From positions 434,001 through 498,000 of the forward strand of contig CATNEN010000041.1 of assembly GCA_950097015.1 (NCBI GenBank): a DNA stretch of 64,000 nt. The letters are read 5' to 3'. The notes under the pieces are model-generated. The model was not told where the DNA came from. It worked only from the letters and a program-made list of their open reading frames with translations, and did no database searches. Made by a program: the position numbers and the translations under genes. This document shows, in pieces, positions 22,901-34,657 of the stretch (its first letter is position 1; each line of letters opens with the position of its first letter). This DNA comes from Macrostomum hystrix (Eukaryota; Animalia; Platyhelminthes).

Positions 22901-25273
22901 TTCGGCAAGGCTTTGAAGTCCTCGGCCGCTGCGGCGCGGAAGAGCAAATCTTCGGCCAGTTCAACTGGCAATCCCGCTTCGAACCGCGGCTCCATCTCCG
23001 ATTTCGATGACCAGCCGTCCGAGCCGCTGCCCGGCCCTGGCTGTGTGAGTCTGCTGCGGCGCCAGCTGGAAGAGAAGGAGCTGAAGCTCAGTGACCTGCA
23101 GACCGAGGCCATCAACTCGTCGCATCAGCTGGAGCAGCTGCAGAGCCTCATGGTCGCATGAAGGCCGAGATCTCTGCTCTCAAGGCTGACAACACCAGGC
23201 TGCAGTCGGTTTTCCCTGCCTCTCAGGAGCAGCAGCAGCAGCAGCAGCAGCAGCACCACCCACAGCAACAACAGCAGCAGCAGCAGCAGGTGAGCTTGAG
23301 CAAGCGGCTGAGCCTGGACTCTGGTACCGCCAGCATCGGCTCCGCCTACTCAGCAGCCGGCGGGTTCGACCTGATCTTCGGCTACAGCGGCTCCGAAGAC
23401 AGCCGGCGAGTGACTGTCACAGTCTGCTCTGCCGATGATGAGTCCGGCCCGGCCATCCCCATTGGCTGTCTGCCGGTGGGCAGCCGCACCAAGTGGGAGA
23501 CAATGGACGCGTACGCAAAGCGCCTGTTCAAGGAGTACGTCATGCGCATCGACCCCATGGCCAGCCTCGGCCTTAACGGTGACTCCATCGCCAGCTACCG
23601 GCTGGGACAGGTCACGCGCTGCCACGACCAGCCGGAGCCCGAGCTGCGTCCGCACGAGTGCGCGGACGAGCCGGCCGGCCTGCAGCTTCTGCTGCGCTCC
23701 TGCGCCACTGGCGGCCACATCGACTCCCTGGCGTTTGACACGCTCATTCCCAAAGCCATTCTGCAGCGCTACATCAGCCTGCTCCTGGAGCACAGGAAGA
23801 TTATCCTCTGCGGACCCTGCGGCACTGGTAAATGCGATAACACGTTGCTCCTACCTGCCAGCTCATTTAGCAGTCCCTCATATCCCATCTTCAGTCACCA
23901 CCTACCTGCCAGCTCATTGAGCAGTCCCTCATATCCCATCTGCAGTCACCACCTACCTGCCAGCTCATTGAGCAGTCCCTCATATCCCATCTGCAGTCAC
24001 CACCTACCTGCCAGCTCATTGAGCAGTCCCTCATATCCAATCTGCAGTCACCACCTACCTGCCAGCTCATTGAGCAGTCCCTCATATCCAATCTGCAGTC
24101 ACCACCTACCTGCCAGCTCATTGAGCAGTCCCTCATATCCAATCTGCAGTCACCACCTACCTGCCAGCTCATTGAGCAGTCCCTCATATCCAATCTGCAG
24201 TCACCATTACCCGCCAGCTCATTGAGCAGTCCCTCATATCCAATCTGCAGTCACCACCTACCTGCCAGCTCATTTAGCAGTCTCACACACTGACGCCCCA
24301 TTGCAATCCAGGCAAGACCTACCTGGCGCAGAAGCTGGCCAGCTACATCGTCAGACGCGAGGGCGCCTCCAGCAGCGCAGTCGCCATGTTCGTTGTGGAT
24401 CACAAGAGTGAGAAGGAGCTGAGATCCTACTTAAACGGAATCGCCGATGACAAGGGCGGCAATGGGGCTCCCCTAGTGATCATCCTGGACAACCTGCACC
24501 ACGTGAACCCCCTGTCCGAGGTGCTGAACTCATACCTGAGCTCCAAGAGCCCCTACATCATCGGCACTATGAACCAGGCCGGCTGCTCATCAGACCGTCT
24601 GCACGCGGCCAAGCTGCAGCTGCACAACACCTGTAACTTCCGCTGGGTGCTGTGCGCCAACCACATGGAGCCGGTCAAAGGCTTCCTGGGCCGCTACCTG
24701 CGCCGGAAGCTGCTCAACGCTGAGGTCACGGAGCGCGCGCACAAACCCGAGGCGGCGCGCATTGTGGACTGGATTCCCAGCGTCTGGCAGCACCTCAATA
24801 AGTTCCTGGAGACCCACAGCAGCTCGGAGGTAACTATCGGACCCCGCCAGTTCCTGTCCTGCCCCGTTGGTACCGAGCAGTCCCAGCTGTGGTTCGCCGA
24901 CCTGTGGAACTACAGCCTGGTGCCCTACCTGCTCGAGGCCTGCCGCGAGGGCCTTCAAACCTACGGCAGGCGGGCGCCATGGGAGGACCCGACCGAGTGG
25001 ATCATGGCCACCTGGCCCTGGGACTTCTCGCCGGCTGTCGACCTCATCCGCCTGCGGCCTGAGGACGTCGGCTATGAGACTCACCCGGCCCTATCGGCGG
25101 CCTCTCCTCTCAGACAACAGCAGCAACAGCAGCAGCAGCAGCAGCAGCAGGCAGCTGCCGCAGTCAGCGAGGACCCGCTGATGAGCATGCTGCTGCGCCT
25201 GCAGGCTGCCGCCAACTTCGGCGCCGATGCGTCCACTGACTCGGATCTGGTGGGCAATCCGACTGCTGAGTGA
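19955..25273 (+). CDS. NAV: Neuron navigator / UNC-53 / sickie orthologue (coiled coils + AAA+ ATPase); 1-nt frameshift near 23155
   Basis: Recalled NAV motifs: MLDKLRFF, DGYMSE, DSNSVSSG, EIQKLRRELEQAHERVSTLTSQLSTNTHVVSAFEQSL, HWLRESF, LRRQLEEKELKLSDLQ, ILCGPCGTG|KTYLA, NFRWVLCANHMEPVKGFLGRYLRRKL, WNYSLVPYLLEA. Exons 19955(or 19949)-23827 and 24312-25273 (phase-1 intron G|GTAAAT...ATCCAG|G). No CH domain found in the window. Confidence 0.93.
23850..24281. repeat. 51-bp minisatellite (about 8 copies) filling the NAV intron
   Basis: Unit CTACCTGCCAGCTCATTGAGCAGTCCCTCATATCCCATCTGCAGTCACCAC; period 51 (23851 to 23902). Confidence 0.95.
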
Positions 25274-25973
25274 GCAGTTCTACTGCTTGAGTAGGATAGG
25301 CGGAACTTTATTCTAATTTAGAGTCTGCGATTCTAACATCATGCATCATGCAAAGTGAAAGCTGTGGCACCATGATGCTCCGTGTCCTTACGCATGTTTA
25401 TATAGAAATATTAATGAGCAATTGACTGAGAGTTACTGAAACACTCACTGGATTCCTGAGTTCTTGAGGCCTGCAATTCTGCCTATTGACCTATCTCTTA
25501 TGAAGTTGGGCGTAACCCTTTGCTTGCGTACTCAGGTTTGAGCTAAGTTGCAACAGCTCGCACAGCGGATGAGAGACTTGCTGCCTATGTCCACAGCTTT
25601 ATTTCTTCGTTGCTAGCCTAGTTTTTATAGTCATATCTGCAGTCGCGGCCGCGTTGCAATGAAAACCATTTTAGCACTGTTTTTGTTACCCATGCGCATC
25701 TGTAACTCACATTCTTAGATATCAATTTTTCAATTTTCCAATACAACGTCTAGTCACCTTATTAGCAATTTTCCTCTGCTTTTAGTCATATTGCTGCTTT
25801 TCCAGCTTGCTTGCTACAGCAGAAGCTTGGGTTCCAGTGACATTTTCACTGACCCTTCCTTGAGTTCAGGATCCTGTTCTAGACAAATCAATAGGTTATG
25901 TCTCTTTTTTAGTTTGGGTCAACGCTAGTCAGGAGGTCCTTAAACTGGACTATACTTTGTTATTTTTACTCTA

Positions 25974-26226
25974 GGGTCATCCATTTAGTCGGGTCATGCT
26001 CGTGACTCACTAATCCCTTGTTCCCGGGTCATCCAGTTAGTCAGGTCATGCTCGTGACTCACTAATCCCTTGTTCCCGGGTCATCCAGTTAGTCAGGTCA
26101 TGCTCGTGACTCACTAACCCCTTGTTCCCGGGTCATCCAGTTAGTCAGGTCATGCTCGTGACTCACTAATCCCTTGTTCCCGGGTCATCCAGTTAGTCAG
26201 GTCATGCTCGTGACTCACTAACCCCT
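25974..26226. repeat. 52-bp tandem repeat, about 5 copies
   Basis: Unit GGGTCATCCAGTTAGTCAGGTCATGCTCGTGACTCACTAATCCCTTGTTCCC. Confidence 0.95.
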
Positions 26227-27409
26227 TGGTTCTGTTCGGCTAGCTGCTTTTTTCTCTCGACCAATCTCATTAGAATTATGATAACACGGTGTCTGCTTTT
26301 ATGGAACATTTTTATGTGCTTTGAACCGGTTTTTCGAACCCTTGTCTGAATTTTGGTAACATTCGCTTTGGTCCATTGAGTCAGCTATTTATTGTATTTT
26401 GTGCATTTGTCTTGTTTTGTAATTAAAACTTTTAGTAAATTAATCACTTTTTAATGTAGTGTTGTTAGCTGTTTTATGCCACACTATTAATACATTTTTT
26501 ATATTGTCTGTTGCTTGACTCCGAGGTCTGCACGCTTTGTTGTCATGGAAACGGATGCTTGCTTTGCATCGAGTTTTGTGTAAATATCTGCAATTATAAA
26601 TAAATAATTTGTTGCTGCAAACCAGCTTTGATCTTCTGTGGCTGAGGTTTTTCCCTCTGGATTTTGTTTTAAATCCAGGATCAATAAGTTTCTGGCACGG
26701 TTTTATTGAGCTGTCTGTCTTATTCACTGCTCTGCCAGCTGTCATTCGTTTCTGAGCAGCACCGACAGGCGCTGAAACATTGATCATTGAACCCTCACTT
26801 CTCCACCGTATCAATAGCTTATACATATCCTTGCCTGTCCTTCCACTGCTTCCCAGTCCCTTAACAGTAGAGTCCACGCTATTTCATCAAATACCCGCTG
26901 CCCACTTCACGACAGCTCCCAAACCGAATGACCGATTAAAGTGAAAGTGCACCATATGGGTTAAAAATTCTAAATTTGAACTCTGTTTGAAGGCTGTCCG
27001 AGTCAGCATCGTCGATATATTCAGCGATTTTGGTCGAAGACCCTGGTAACAAGAACAAGTAGCATTGGTCTGTATAAACTTCCCTGGCGAATCCATATTA
27101 ATGCAAAATAGTCAACAATGATAGCCGAAATTATTACATTATGCGTTTTTGTTAGCAGAAAATTTATTCTTATACTGGTGGTTTGTGCCACACGACACAC
27201 CGACAAGAATCGTTGACTATCTCGACGATGCCGATGTTTTGTGATTCTGGAAGTTGTTTCATCGGACAGCGCGGGAAATTTTAGGCCATGTTATAGATGT
27301 TCATGGTAAATATTTTGGGAGAGACAGAAAAAATTTAAATTTGGGTATTTGAAATACCCCCGTCATCTATATATTCTTAATTATCTTTCTAATCCTTGCA
27401 ATACATTGC

Positions 27410-28996
27410 CAGTCCTTCCACTTCCTTCCCAATCCTTCCACTTCCTTCCCAATCCTTCAACTTCCTTCCCAATCCTTCCACTTCCTTACCAATCCTTCCA
27501 CTTCCTTCCCAATCCTTCCGCTTCCTTCCCAATCCTTCCGCTTCCTTTCCAATCCTTCCACTTCCTTCTCAATCCTTCCACTTCCTTCCCAATCCTTCCA
27601 CTTCCCTACCAATCCTTCCACTTCCTTACCAATCCTTCCACTTCCTTCCCAATCCTTCCACTTCCTTACCAATCCTTCCACTTCCTTCCCAATCCTTCCA
27701 CTTCCTTCCCAATCCTTCCACTTCCCTACCAATCCTTCCACTTCCCTACCAATCCTTCCACTTCCTTACCAATCCTTCCACTTCCTTCGCAATCCTTCCA
27801 CTTCCTTCCCAATCCTTCCACTTCCTTCCCAATCCTTCCACTTCCTTCGCAATCCTTCCACTTCCTTCCCAATCCTTCCACTTCCTTCCCAATCCTTCCA
27901 CTTCCTTCCCAATCCTTCCACTTCCTTCCCAATCCTTCCACTTCCTTCCCAATCCTTCCACTTCCTTCCCAATCCTTCCACTTCCTTCCCAATCCTTCCA
28001 CTTCCTTCCCAATCCTTCCACTTCCTTCCCAATCCTTCCACTTCCTTCCCAATCCTTCCACTTCCTTACCAATCCTTCCACTTCCTTCCCAATCCTTCCA
28101 CTTCCTTCCCAATCCTTCCACTTCCTTCCCAATCCTTCCGCTTCCTTCCCAATCCTTCCACTTCCTTCCCAATCCTTCCACTTCCCTACCAATCCTTCCA
28201 CTTCCTTACCAATCCTTCCACTTCCTTCCCAATCCTTCCACTTCCTTCCCAATCCTTCCACTTCCTTCCCAATCCTTCCGCTTCCTTACCAATCCTTCCA
28301 CTTCCTTCCCAATCCTTCCACTTCCTTCCCAATCCTTCCACTTCCTTCCCAATCCTTCCGCTTCCTTCCCAATCCTTCCACTTCCTTCCCAATCCTTCCA
28401 CTTCCTTCCCAATCCTTCCGCTTCCTTCCCAATCCTTCCACTTCCCTACCAATCCTTCCGCTTCCTTCCCAATCCTTCCACTTCCTTCCCAATCCTTCCA
28501 CTTCCTTCTCAATCCTTCCACTTCCTTCCCAATCCTTCCACTTCCTTCCCAATCCTTCCACTTCCTTCCCAATCCTTCCACTTCCTTCCCAATCCTTCCA
28601 CTTCCTTCCCAATCCTTCCACTTCCTTACCAATCCTTCCACTTCCTTCCCAATCCTTCCACTTCCTTCTCAATTCTTTCACTTCCTTCCCAATCCTTCCA
28701 CTTCCCTACCAATCCTTCCGCTTCCTTCCCAATCCTTCCACTTCCTTCCCAATCCTTCCACTTCCTTCTCAATCCTTCCACTTCCTTCCCAATCCTTCCA
28801 CTTCCTTCCCAATCCTTCCACTTCCTTCCCAATCCTTCCACTTCCTTCCCAATCCTTCCACTTCCTTCCCAATCCTTCCACTTCCTTCCCAATCCTTCCA
28901 CTTCCCTACCAATCCTTCCACTTCCTTACCAATCCTTCCACTTCCTTCCCAATCCTTCCACTTCCTTCCCAATCCTTCCACTTCCTTCCCAATCCT
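27410..28996. repeat. 20-bp pyrimidine-rich minisatellite, about 79 copies
   Basis: Unit CCAATCCTTCCACTTCCTTC with few variants. It accounts for all the long ORFs reported between 27349 and 29090. Confidence 0.98.
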
Positions 28997-30776
28997 AATT
29001 CAACTCTCTTTTTCTTTTTACCCGATAAAAGCAAGGATCCAGTTTTCAATACATTCAAATATATGTATATTTTTTGTTTTATTACTTTGAAAATATTGGT
29101 TGCGCTTGCATCTAATACAATTGAATTAATTGATGGACGAATGGAAGCATGCTTCTAACATTAGCATTTTTGCAATGGCTGAAAATTGCGAAGTTCTGCA
29201 CAAAAATGATGCTAAAGTTATGAAGTCAGTCTATATTTGAAAATTGAAAAAAGTTATGATTTGTTTGTTCAATGAACGACTAGTATCTTTAGTCCACAAC
29301 AAGCCAATTGATGGGTTATTTCATATTGTAATGACACTTTATTGTCGATCGATTCACAACTGGACCTTAATTCCTTAATTATATTTTTTCCGATCATATA
29401 CATTTCGAAAGTTTTTTAAAGCGGCCAGACATTAAAGTTTCTGTGATGAAAAAAGAGTTTTAAAACGTATTATCGTGTCGGATAAGTTCGCCATTTGCCG
29501 ACCCAGCTATTCACCCGGCCTCATTTGGAACAGCCTCATTTTGTGGGCTCCATCTAGGCCTGAACTTCACGGTTTATTCATCCGGATTACACTGCACCAG
29601 ATTTTCAAAAACTCAAGCGGAGAGCTGCGCGCAAATTAAATCAGAAAACGTGGTGAGAGGCTCACCTAAAAAGGCTAGCAGGCGGCGGGGGTGGGGGACG
29701 GCCCCACCCCACACAGATGCACAGAGACAGCAAGGGGGCGGGCTGATCACTAAAGCCGGTTTGCACAGGCGCAAGCACCCATGCAAACCAAAGCAGTATG
29801 ATAACGATTAGCGAAGTTCACGGGTTTCTGTGAAGGTAAAACTAAAATTTTAAAGTCTTAGATTAATCGAGACAAAAACATCGTGTAGCTGTTATTTTGC
29901 CTCTTTAGAATCGAATGAAAAATAACTGGGACAAAGTAAAATGCACTTTTAATGATAAATAACTAAGCGTTCTTATCGACCACCACAAATAACTTACTTT
30001 CGGTGAGTTTTAGCATGGCTCAGCCTGGTTTAAAGTCGATCTTTTCTTCTTGGAGAGCAATGCAGACAAAGCATAGACTTAATATTTGTTTTTGAGGAAT
30101 CAAATAGTTAAATCAGCAAAAACATTAAATAAAAAACATATATATCTGTGTGTATATCATGTCTTTAATATGTTTTGTATTAATCTTGTCAAATAATATT
30201 TTTGTAAATTGTAATTATGCTTAAAATTCTCTTTTTTTGGCTTAGAGAATATTTTCTCATTGAAATATTCACTACGAAAAGCAAAACGTTAAAATATATG
30301 TGAAAGTAATTATTTTTAATCAATAATTATATAAATTTCAATTAATAATAATGTAAATCGAAATCTGTCAATACACAATTGAGAAATTATAATATTAGTT
30401 TTTGTGTAATTTCAAAATTTCAAAATTTGTGAAAATAAGACAACTTATTTAACAAAGTCATTTTTGTTTATTAGTGAAATTTTACTAAAAACCTGGCATT
30501 TTATTTTTGTAAATTAGAAAATGTACTTCTGGAGCACTTATATATCTATGGACATGGTGTCAAGCTATTTCATTTGAACTTTCATGACTGATTTATAATG
30601 ATTGATAATGAGATCTTCTTCAAGATATTGTACTTCGATTTTTAGATGTTGGCTGGTTAAATTATTACTTTAATTGCTTAAATCAAGCCTATCATTTCTC
30701 AGGGTACAAGATATTCTCACATCTTGATTGGCTTTCACCACCCAGTAGTAATGCCACTTTCAGGACTCTTAAGGTG

Positions 30777-32348
30777 ATGGAACAAAAACAGGTTGCAAGT
30801 TCAAGCGCAGAGACCAGAAAACCAAGTAGACCAATTATGAAATCCAGAAGTTCCAGCTCCGTAATGGAAACACCGTTGCTCATTCAGGAGTACTCGCAAG
30901 TTTCACTCGAATGGGGCGATGCTGACATCAGCAAATTCGAAGGTAGAGCCTTAGCTCCACTCCCTCCCTATGAGTTGCTTCGGATAAAAAACTGATTCCC
31001 TTCGTTGTAGCTAAAGCTTTAACTTTGCAATCTGCTTTCCCTCCTCCTCAGACAACCCGCCTGAGGCGCTGTACCCGGCCATCGGTGACGCGCTCAGGTC
31101 GGGGCTGTCCGGTGAGTCCCTGTGCCGCAGTTTCTGCGGCGGTCGCAACTGCAAATACTGCTGCCCGGTTGGCCGCTTCCCTCCTGACTGCTTCGCAATC
31201 AAGGGTCTGTACTCACACTGGTGAGCTGGCGAATCCCACTGTCACCGAATCCTCCAACTCATTTCTTTATAGCTGTTCTGTGGCATGAACTGCAATTTCA
31301 GGGTCACCCCAGAAATTCTGGCGATGAGTCGGCCAAGCGACGAGGCGATGAAGAAGTACAGCATCATCCAACAGCTGAAAGAGTAAGCCGGTCTGCAGTG
31401 CATTCACGAGCTCCACTGTCCAGTCAGAAACTGTGTGAAAGCTAGAAATATTGGAGTGACTAACAAGGATACACAGAAGCAGAAAACTGCAATCAGACGA
31501 CTAATATGACAGTGACCAAAAAAGCGAGTGAGAGTTGCCAACAGGGCAGTCAGAGTGACCAACAGGGCAGTCAGAGTGACCAACAGGGCAGTCAGAGTGA
31601 ACAACAGGGCAGTCAGAGTGACCAACAGGGCAGTCAGAGTGACCAACAGGGCAGTCAGAGTGACATCGAACTCTCGCATTCCAGCCACAACATCAAGTCC
31701 GTGTTCTGCGTCCAAGAGCCTGGCGAACACGCGGACTGCGGGCCTGGTCTGGTGGGCTGCTACTCCTACACCCAGACGGAGCTCATGAGCCAAGGCATCA
31801 GCGTGTACAACCTGCATTGGGCTGATTACACCTGCCCGGAGTTCTACCGCATGCTGGACCTGGTTCGGGTGATGCAATACGCACTGACAGAAGGCCGCAT
31901 CGCCGTGCATTGCCACGCCGGCCTCGGCCGCACCGGCCTGGCCATCGCCTGCCTGCTGATCTTCGTGCGCCGGCTCAGCCCGGCCCTGGCCATCGCCTAC
32001 CTGAGGCTAAGGCGCCCCGGCTCCGTGCAGTCCCATGCCCAGGTGCGCCTGTGATACGGGGATTACCAACCCACTGATAGCCAATGTCACTACCAAGGCT
32101 TACTATCCGTTTATGTCCGAACTTCAGGTGGCTGGCGTGAACGAGTTCGCCGAGCGCATCCAGCCACTGCTGGTTCTGTGGCCGGACAAGAAATTGGCCG
32201 CCCACGGGCACCGCTTCTCTTATGAGGAGCACCTGTGGCGACAGCGAGCCCTGCTGCACGGCGAGGCGGCGAGGCGACTGCGGCGACTGTCACAGCTGGT
32301 GCACACAATCTGCGCCCGGCTGCTGCAGCTAGCGACCGGGGCCGACAG

Positions 32349-32387
<39 letters not shown>

Positions 32388-33443
32388 AGTCTGTCTGTCA
32401 AGTGACGCCGCTTTCCAACCCGAAGGAATCGCATCCTGGAGGCGGCTCTGGCGTCAACCTCTGAGGGCGCCTCGTCAACCGCTCCGCCGCGACTCGACGC
32501 CGAGCTGCTTGGCTGGCGCGACCTGCTGAACTCGGAGGGCAGCTACCGGCCCCTGCTGGACTGCCAGGACCCGGGAAAATTGTTCGCCTTTCTGCTCTGC
32601 TGGCTCTGGCAGCTCAAGGCTCCCGCTGTGACTGGACAGGTTAGCTTGACCCATCACCAGCTTGACCCATCACCAGCTTGACCCATCACCAGCTTGACCC
32701 ATCACCAGCTTGACCCATCAACAGCTTGACCCATCACCAGCTTGACCCATCACCAGCTTGACCCATCACCAGCTTGACCCATCACCAGCTTGACCCATCA
32801 CCAGCTTGACCCATCACCAGCTTGACCCATCACCAGCTTGACCCATCACCAGCTTGACCCATCACCAGCTTGACCCATCACCAGCTTGACCCATCACCAG
32901 CTTGACCCATCACCAGCTTGACCCATCACCAGCTTGACCCATCACCAGCTTGACCCATCACCAGCTTGACCCATCACCAGCTCCATCCTTCTGACCCACC
33001 CGCAGCACGTGTCGTATCTGCTGTCCTCGCCAACCATAACTGGCGGCCTCGGTCGCCTCAGTGTGCTCACCGCCACACTGCTCAGGTTCTGCGCTGTGTT
33101 CATCCTGCGCTTCTGCCAGGCCTCCCACGGCCCGATCGACAATCTGGAGGAGGCCGTCATGCAGCGCCTGCTGTCAGCCCTGACTCACACCTGCCTGACT
33201 GAGGACCGCTATCCGCCGCCGTTTGTGAAGTACTTTGCCAGCTTCCTGGATTTTGTCGAATGCCTGATGGAGCGGCCAGGGGTCGGCGCCTACCGCGCCT
33301 GGGCAGCTCCGCTCGGCCGGCTGTGCGGCGAGCCGCGCGAGGTCGAAGAGGAAGACGAGGAAGCGGCACTGGTGGAGGCGGCGGCAGCGGCTGAGCTGCC
33401 CCACGGTGAGGCGATAGCGCTGGATGGGGATCAAGGGGATTGA
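30777..33443 (+). CDS. PTPDC1: Protein tyrosine phosphatase domain-containing protein 1 (dual-specificity PTP fold), 7 exons
   Basis: Exons 30777-30942, 31052-31220, 31302-31382, 31685-32042, 32128-32348, 32426-32639, 33006-33443 have consistent phases. The product contains FCGGRNCKY, IKGLYSHW|VTPEILAMSRPS, QEPGEHADCG, catalytic VHCHAGLGRTG and CQDPGKLFAFLLCWLWQLKAP, matching recalled PTPDC1 motifs. Confidence 0.92.
31539..31662. repeat. 21-bp minisatellite (6 copies) in PTPDC1 intron 3
   Basis: Unit CAACAGGGCAGTCAGAGTGAC. Confidence 0.95.
32349..32400. repeat. (GTCT)n microsatellite starting at the PTPDC1 intron 5 donor
   Basis: GACAG|GTCTGTCTGTCTG..., about 12 units. Confidence 0.95.
32645..32980. 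repeat. 16-bp minisatellite (21 copies) filling PTPDC1 intron 6
   Basis: Near-perfect CTTGACCCATCACCAG units. Confidence 0.97.
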
Positions 33444-33449
33444 AGCTCG

Positions 33450-33703
33450 ACTGTCATGGGATTCTCCTATCACTGTCATGGGATTCTCCTATCACTGTCA
33501 TGGGATTCTCCGATTGCTGTCATGGGATTCTCCTATCACTGTCATGGGATTCTCCGATTGCTGTCATGGGATTCTCCTATCACTGTCATGGGATTCTCCG
33601 ATTGCTGTCATGGGATTCTCCTATCACTGTCATGGGATTCTCCGATTGCTCTCATGGGATTCTCCGATTGCTGTCATGGGATTCTCCGATTGCTGTCATG
33701 GGA
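33450..33703. repeat. 22-bp minisatellite with two variants, just after the PTPDC1 stop
   Basis: CTGTCATGGGATTCTCCTATCA / CTGTCATGGGATTCTCCGATTG. Confidence 0.93.
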
Positions 33704-33764
33704 AATAATTATTCACCGTGAGGAATTCACCATCATGGGATTTCCTGGAAGTCAAGACATGTGA

Positions 33765-34657
33765 TTTCTTAGAATTCACAATCATGGGATTTCTTGGAAT
33801 TCACAGTCACAGGATTTCTTGGAATTCACTGTCATGGGATTTATTGGAATTCACTGTCATGGGATTTCCTGGAAGTCAAGACATGTGATTTCTTAGAATT
33901 CCCTGTCATGGGATTTCTCGGAATTCACAGTCATGAGATTTCTTGGAATTCACTGACTTGAGATTTCTTGGAATTCACAGTCATGAGATTTCTTGGAATT
34001 CACTGTCATGGGATTTCTTGAAATTCATTCATGGGATTTCTTGGAATTCACAGTCATGAGATTTCTTGGAATTCACAGTCATGAGATTTCTTGGAATTCA
34101 CAGTCATGAGATTTCTTGGAATTCACTGTCATGAGATTTCTTGAAATTCACAGTCACAGGATTTCTTGGAATTCACTGTCATGGGATTCATTGGAATTCA
34201 CTGTCATGGGATGTCCTGGAAGTCAAGACATGTGATTTCTTAGAATTCACTGTCATGGGATTCTTGGAATTCACAGTCATGAGATTTCTTGGAATTCACT
34301 GTCATGGGATTTCTTGGAATTCACAGTCATGAGATTTCTTGGAATTCACAGTCATGAGATTTCTTTGAATTCACAGTCATGAGATTTCTTGGAATTCACT
34401 GACATGAGATTTCTTGGAATTCACAGTCATGAGATTTCTTGGAATTCACTGTCATGGGATTTCTTGAAATTCATTCATGGGATTTCTTGGAATTCACAGT
34501 CATGAGATTTCTTGGAATTCACAGTCATGAGATTTCTTGGAATTCACAGTCATGAGATTTCTTGGAATTCACTGTCATGAGATTTCTTGAAATTCATTCA
34601 TGGGATTTCTTGGAATTCACAGTCATGAGATTTCTTGGAATTCACTGTCATGGGATG
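33765..34657. repeat. 25-bp minisatellite related to the preceding 22-mer
   Basis: CTGTCATGGGATTTCTTGGAATTCA / CAGTCATGAGATTTCTTGGAATTCA, interrupted by copies of CCTGGAAGTCAAGACATGTGATTTCTTAG. Confidence 0.93.

Noticed and set aside
23159-23161. Selenocysteine or stop readthrough at the NAV TGA
   Set aside because: Homology continues in a different frame, so readthrough cannot restore the protein.
19793-25181. Many antisense and alternate-frame ORFs over NAV (likewise over SMG9, ABCD, NWD and the GPCR)
   Set aside because: They are shadows of GC-rich coding sequence with no independent motifs.
26400-27340. ORFs of 60-145 aa as a gene or pseudogene
   Set aside because: No recognisable motif, no consistent splice structure, and frames are interrupted.
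27349-29090. Long ORFs (549 aa, 564 aa and the WKDWEGSGRIGK ORFs)
   Set aside because: These are translations of a stop-free 20-bp repeat in several frames and on both strands; there is no unique coding sequence.
29675-29710. GC hairpin (GGGGTGGGG/CCCCACCCC) with CTAG 9 nt away, as a Helitron 3' end
   Set aside because: CTAG is not followed by T, and no 5' TC end or Rep/Hel remnant was found.
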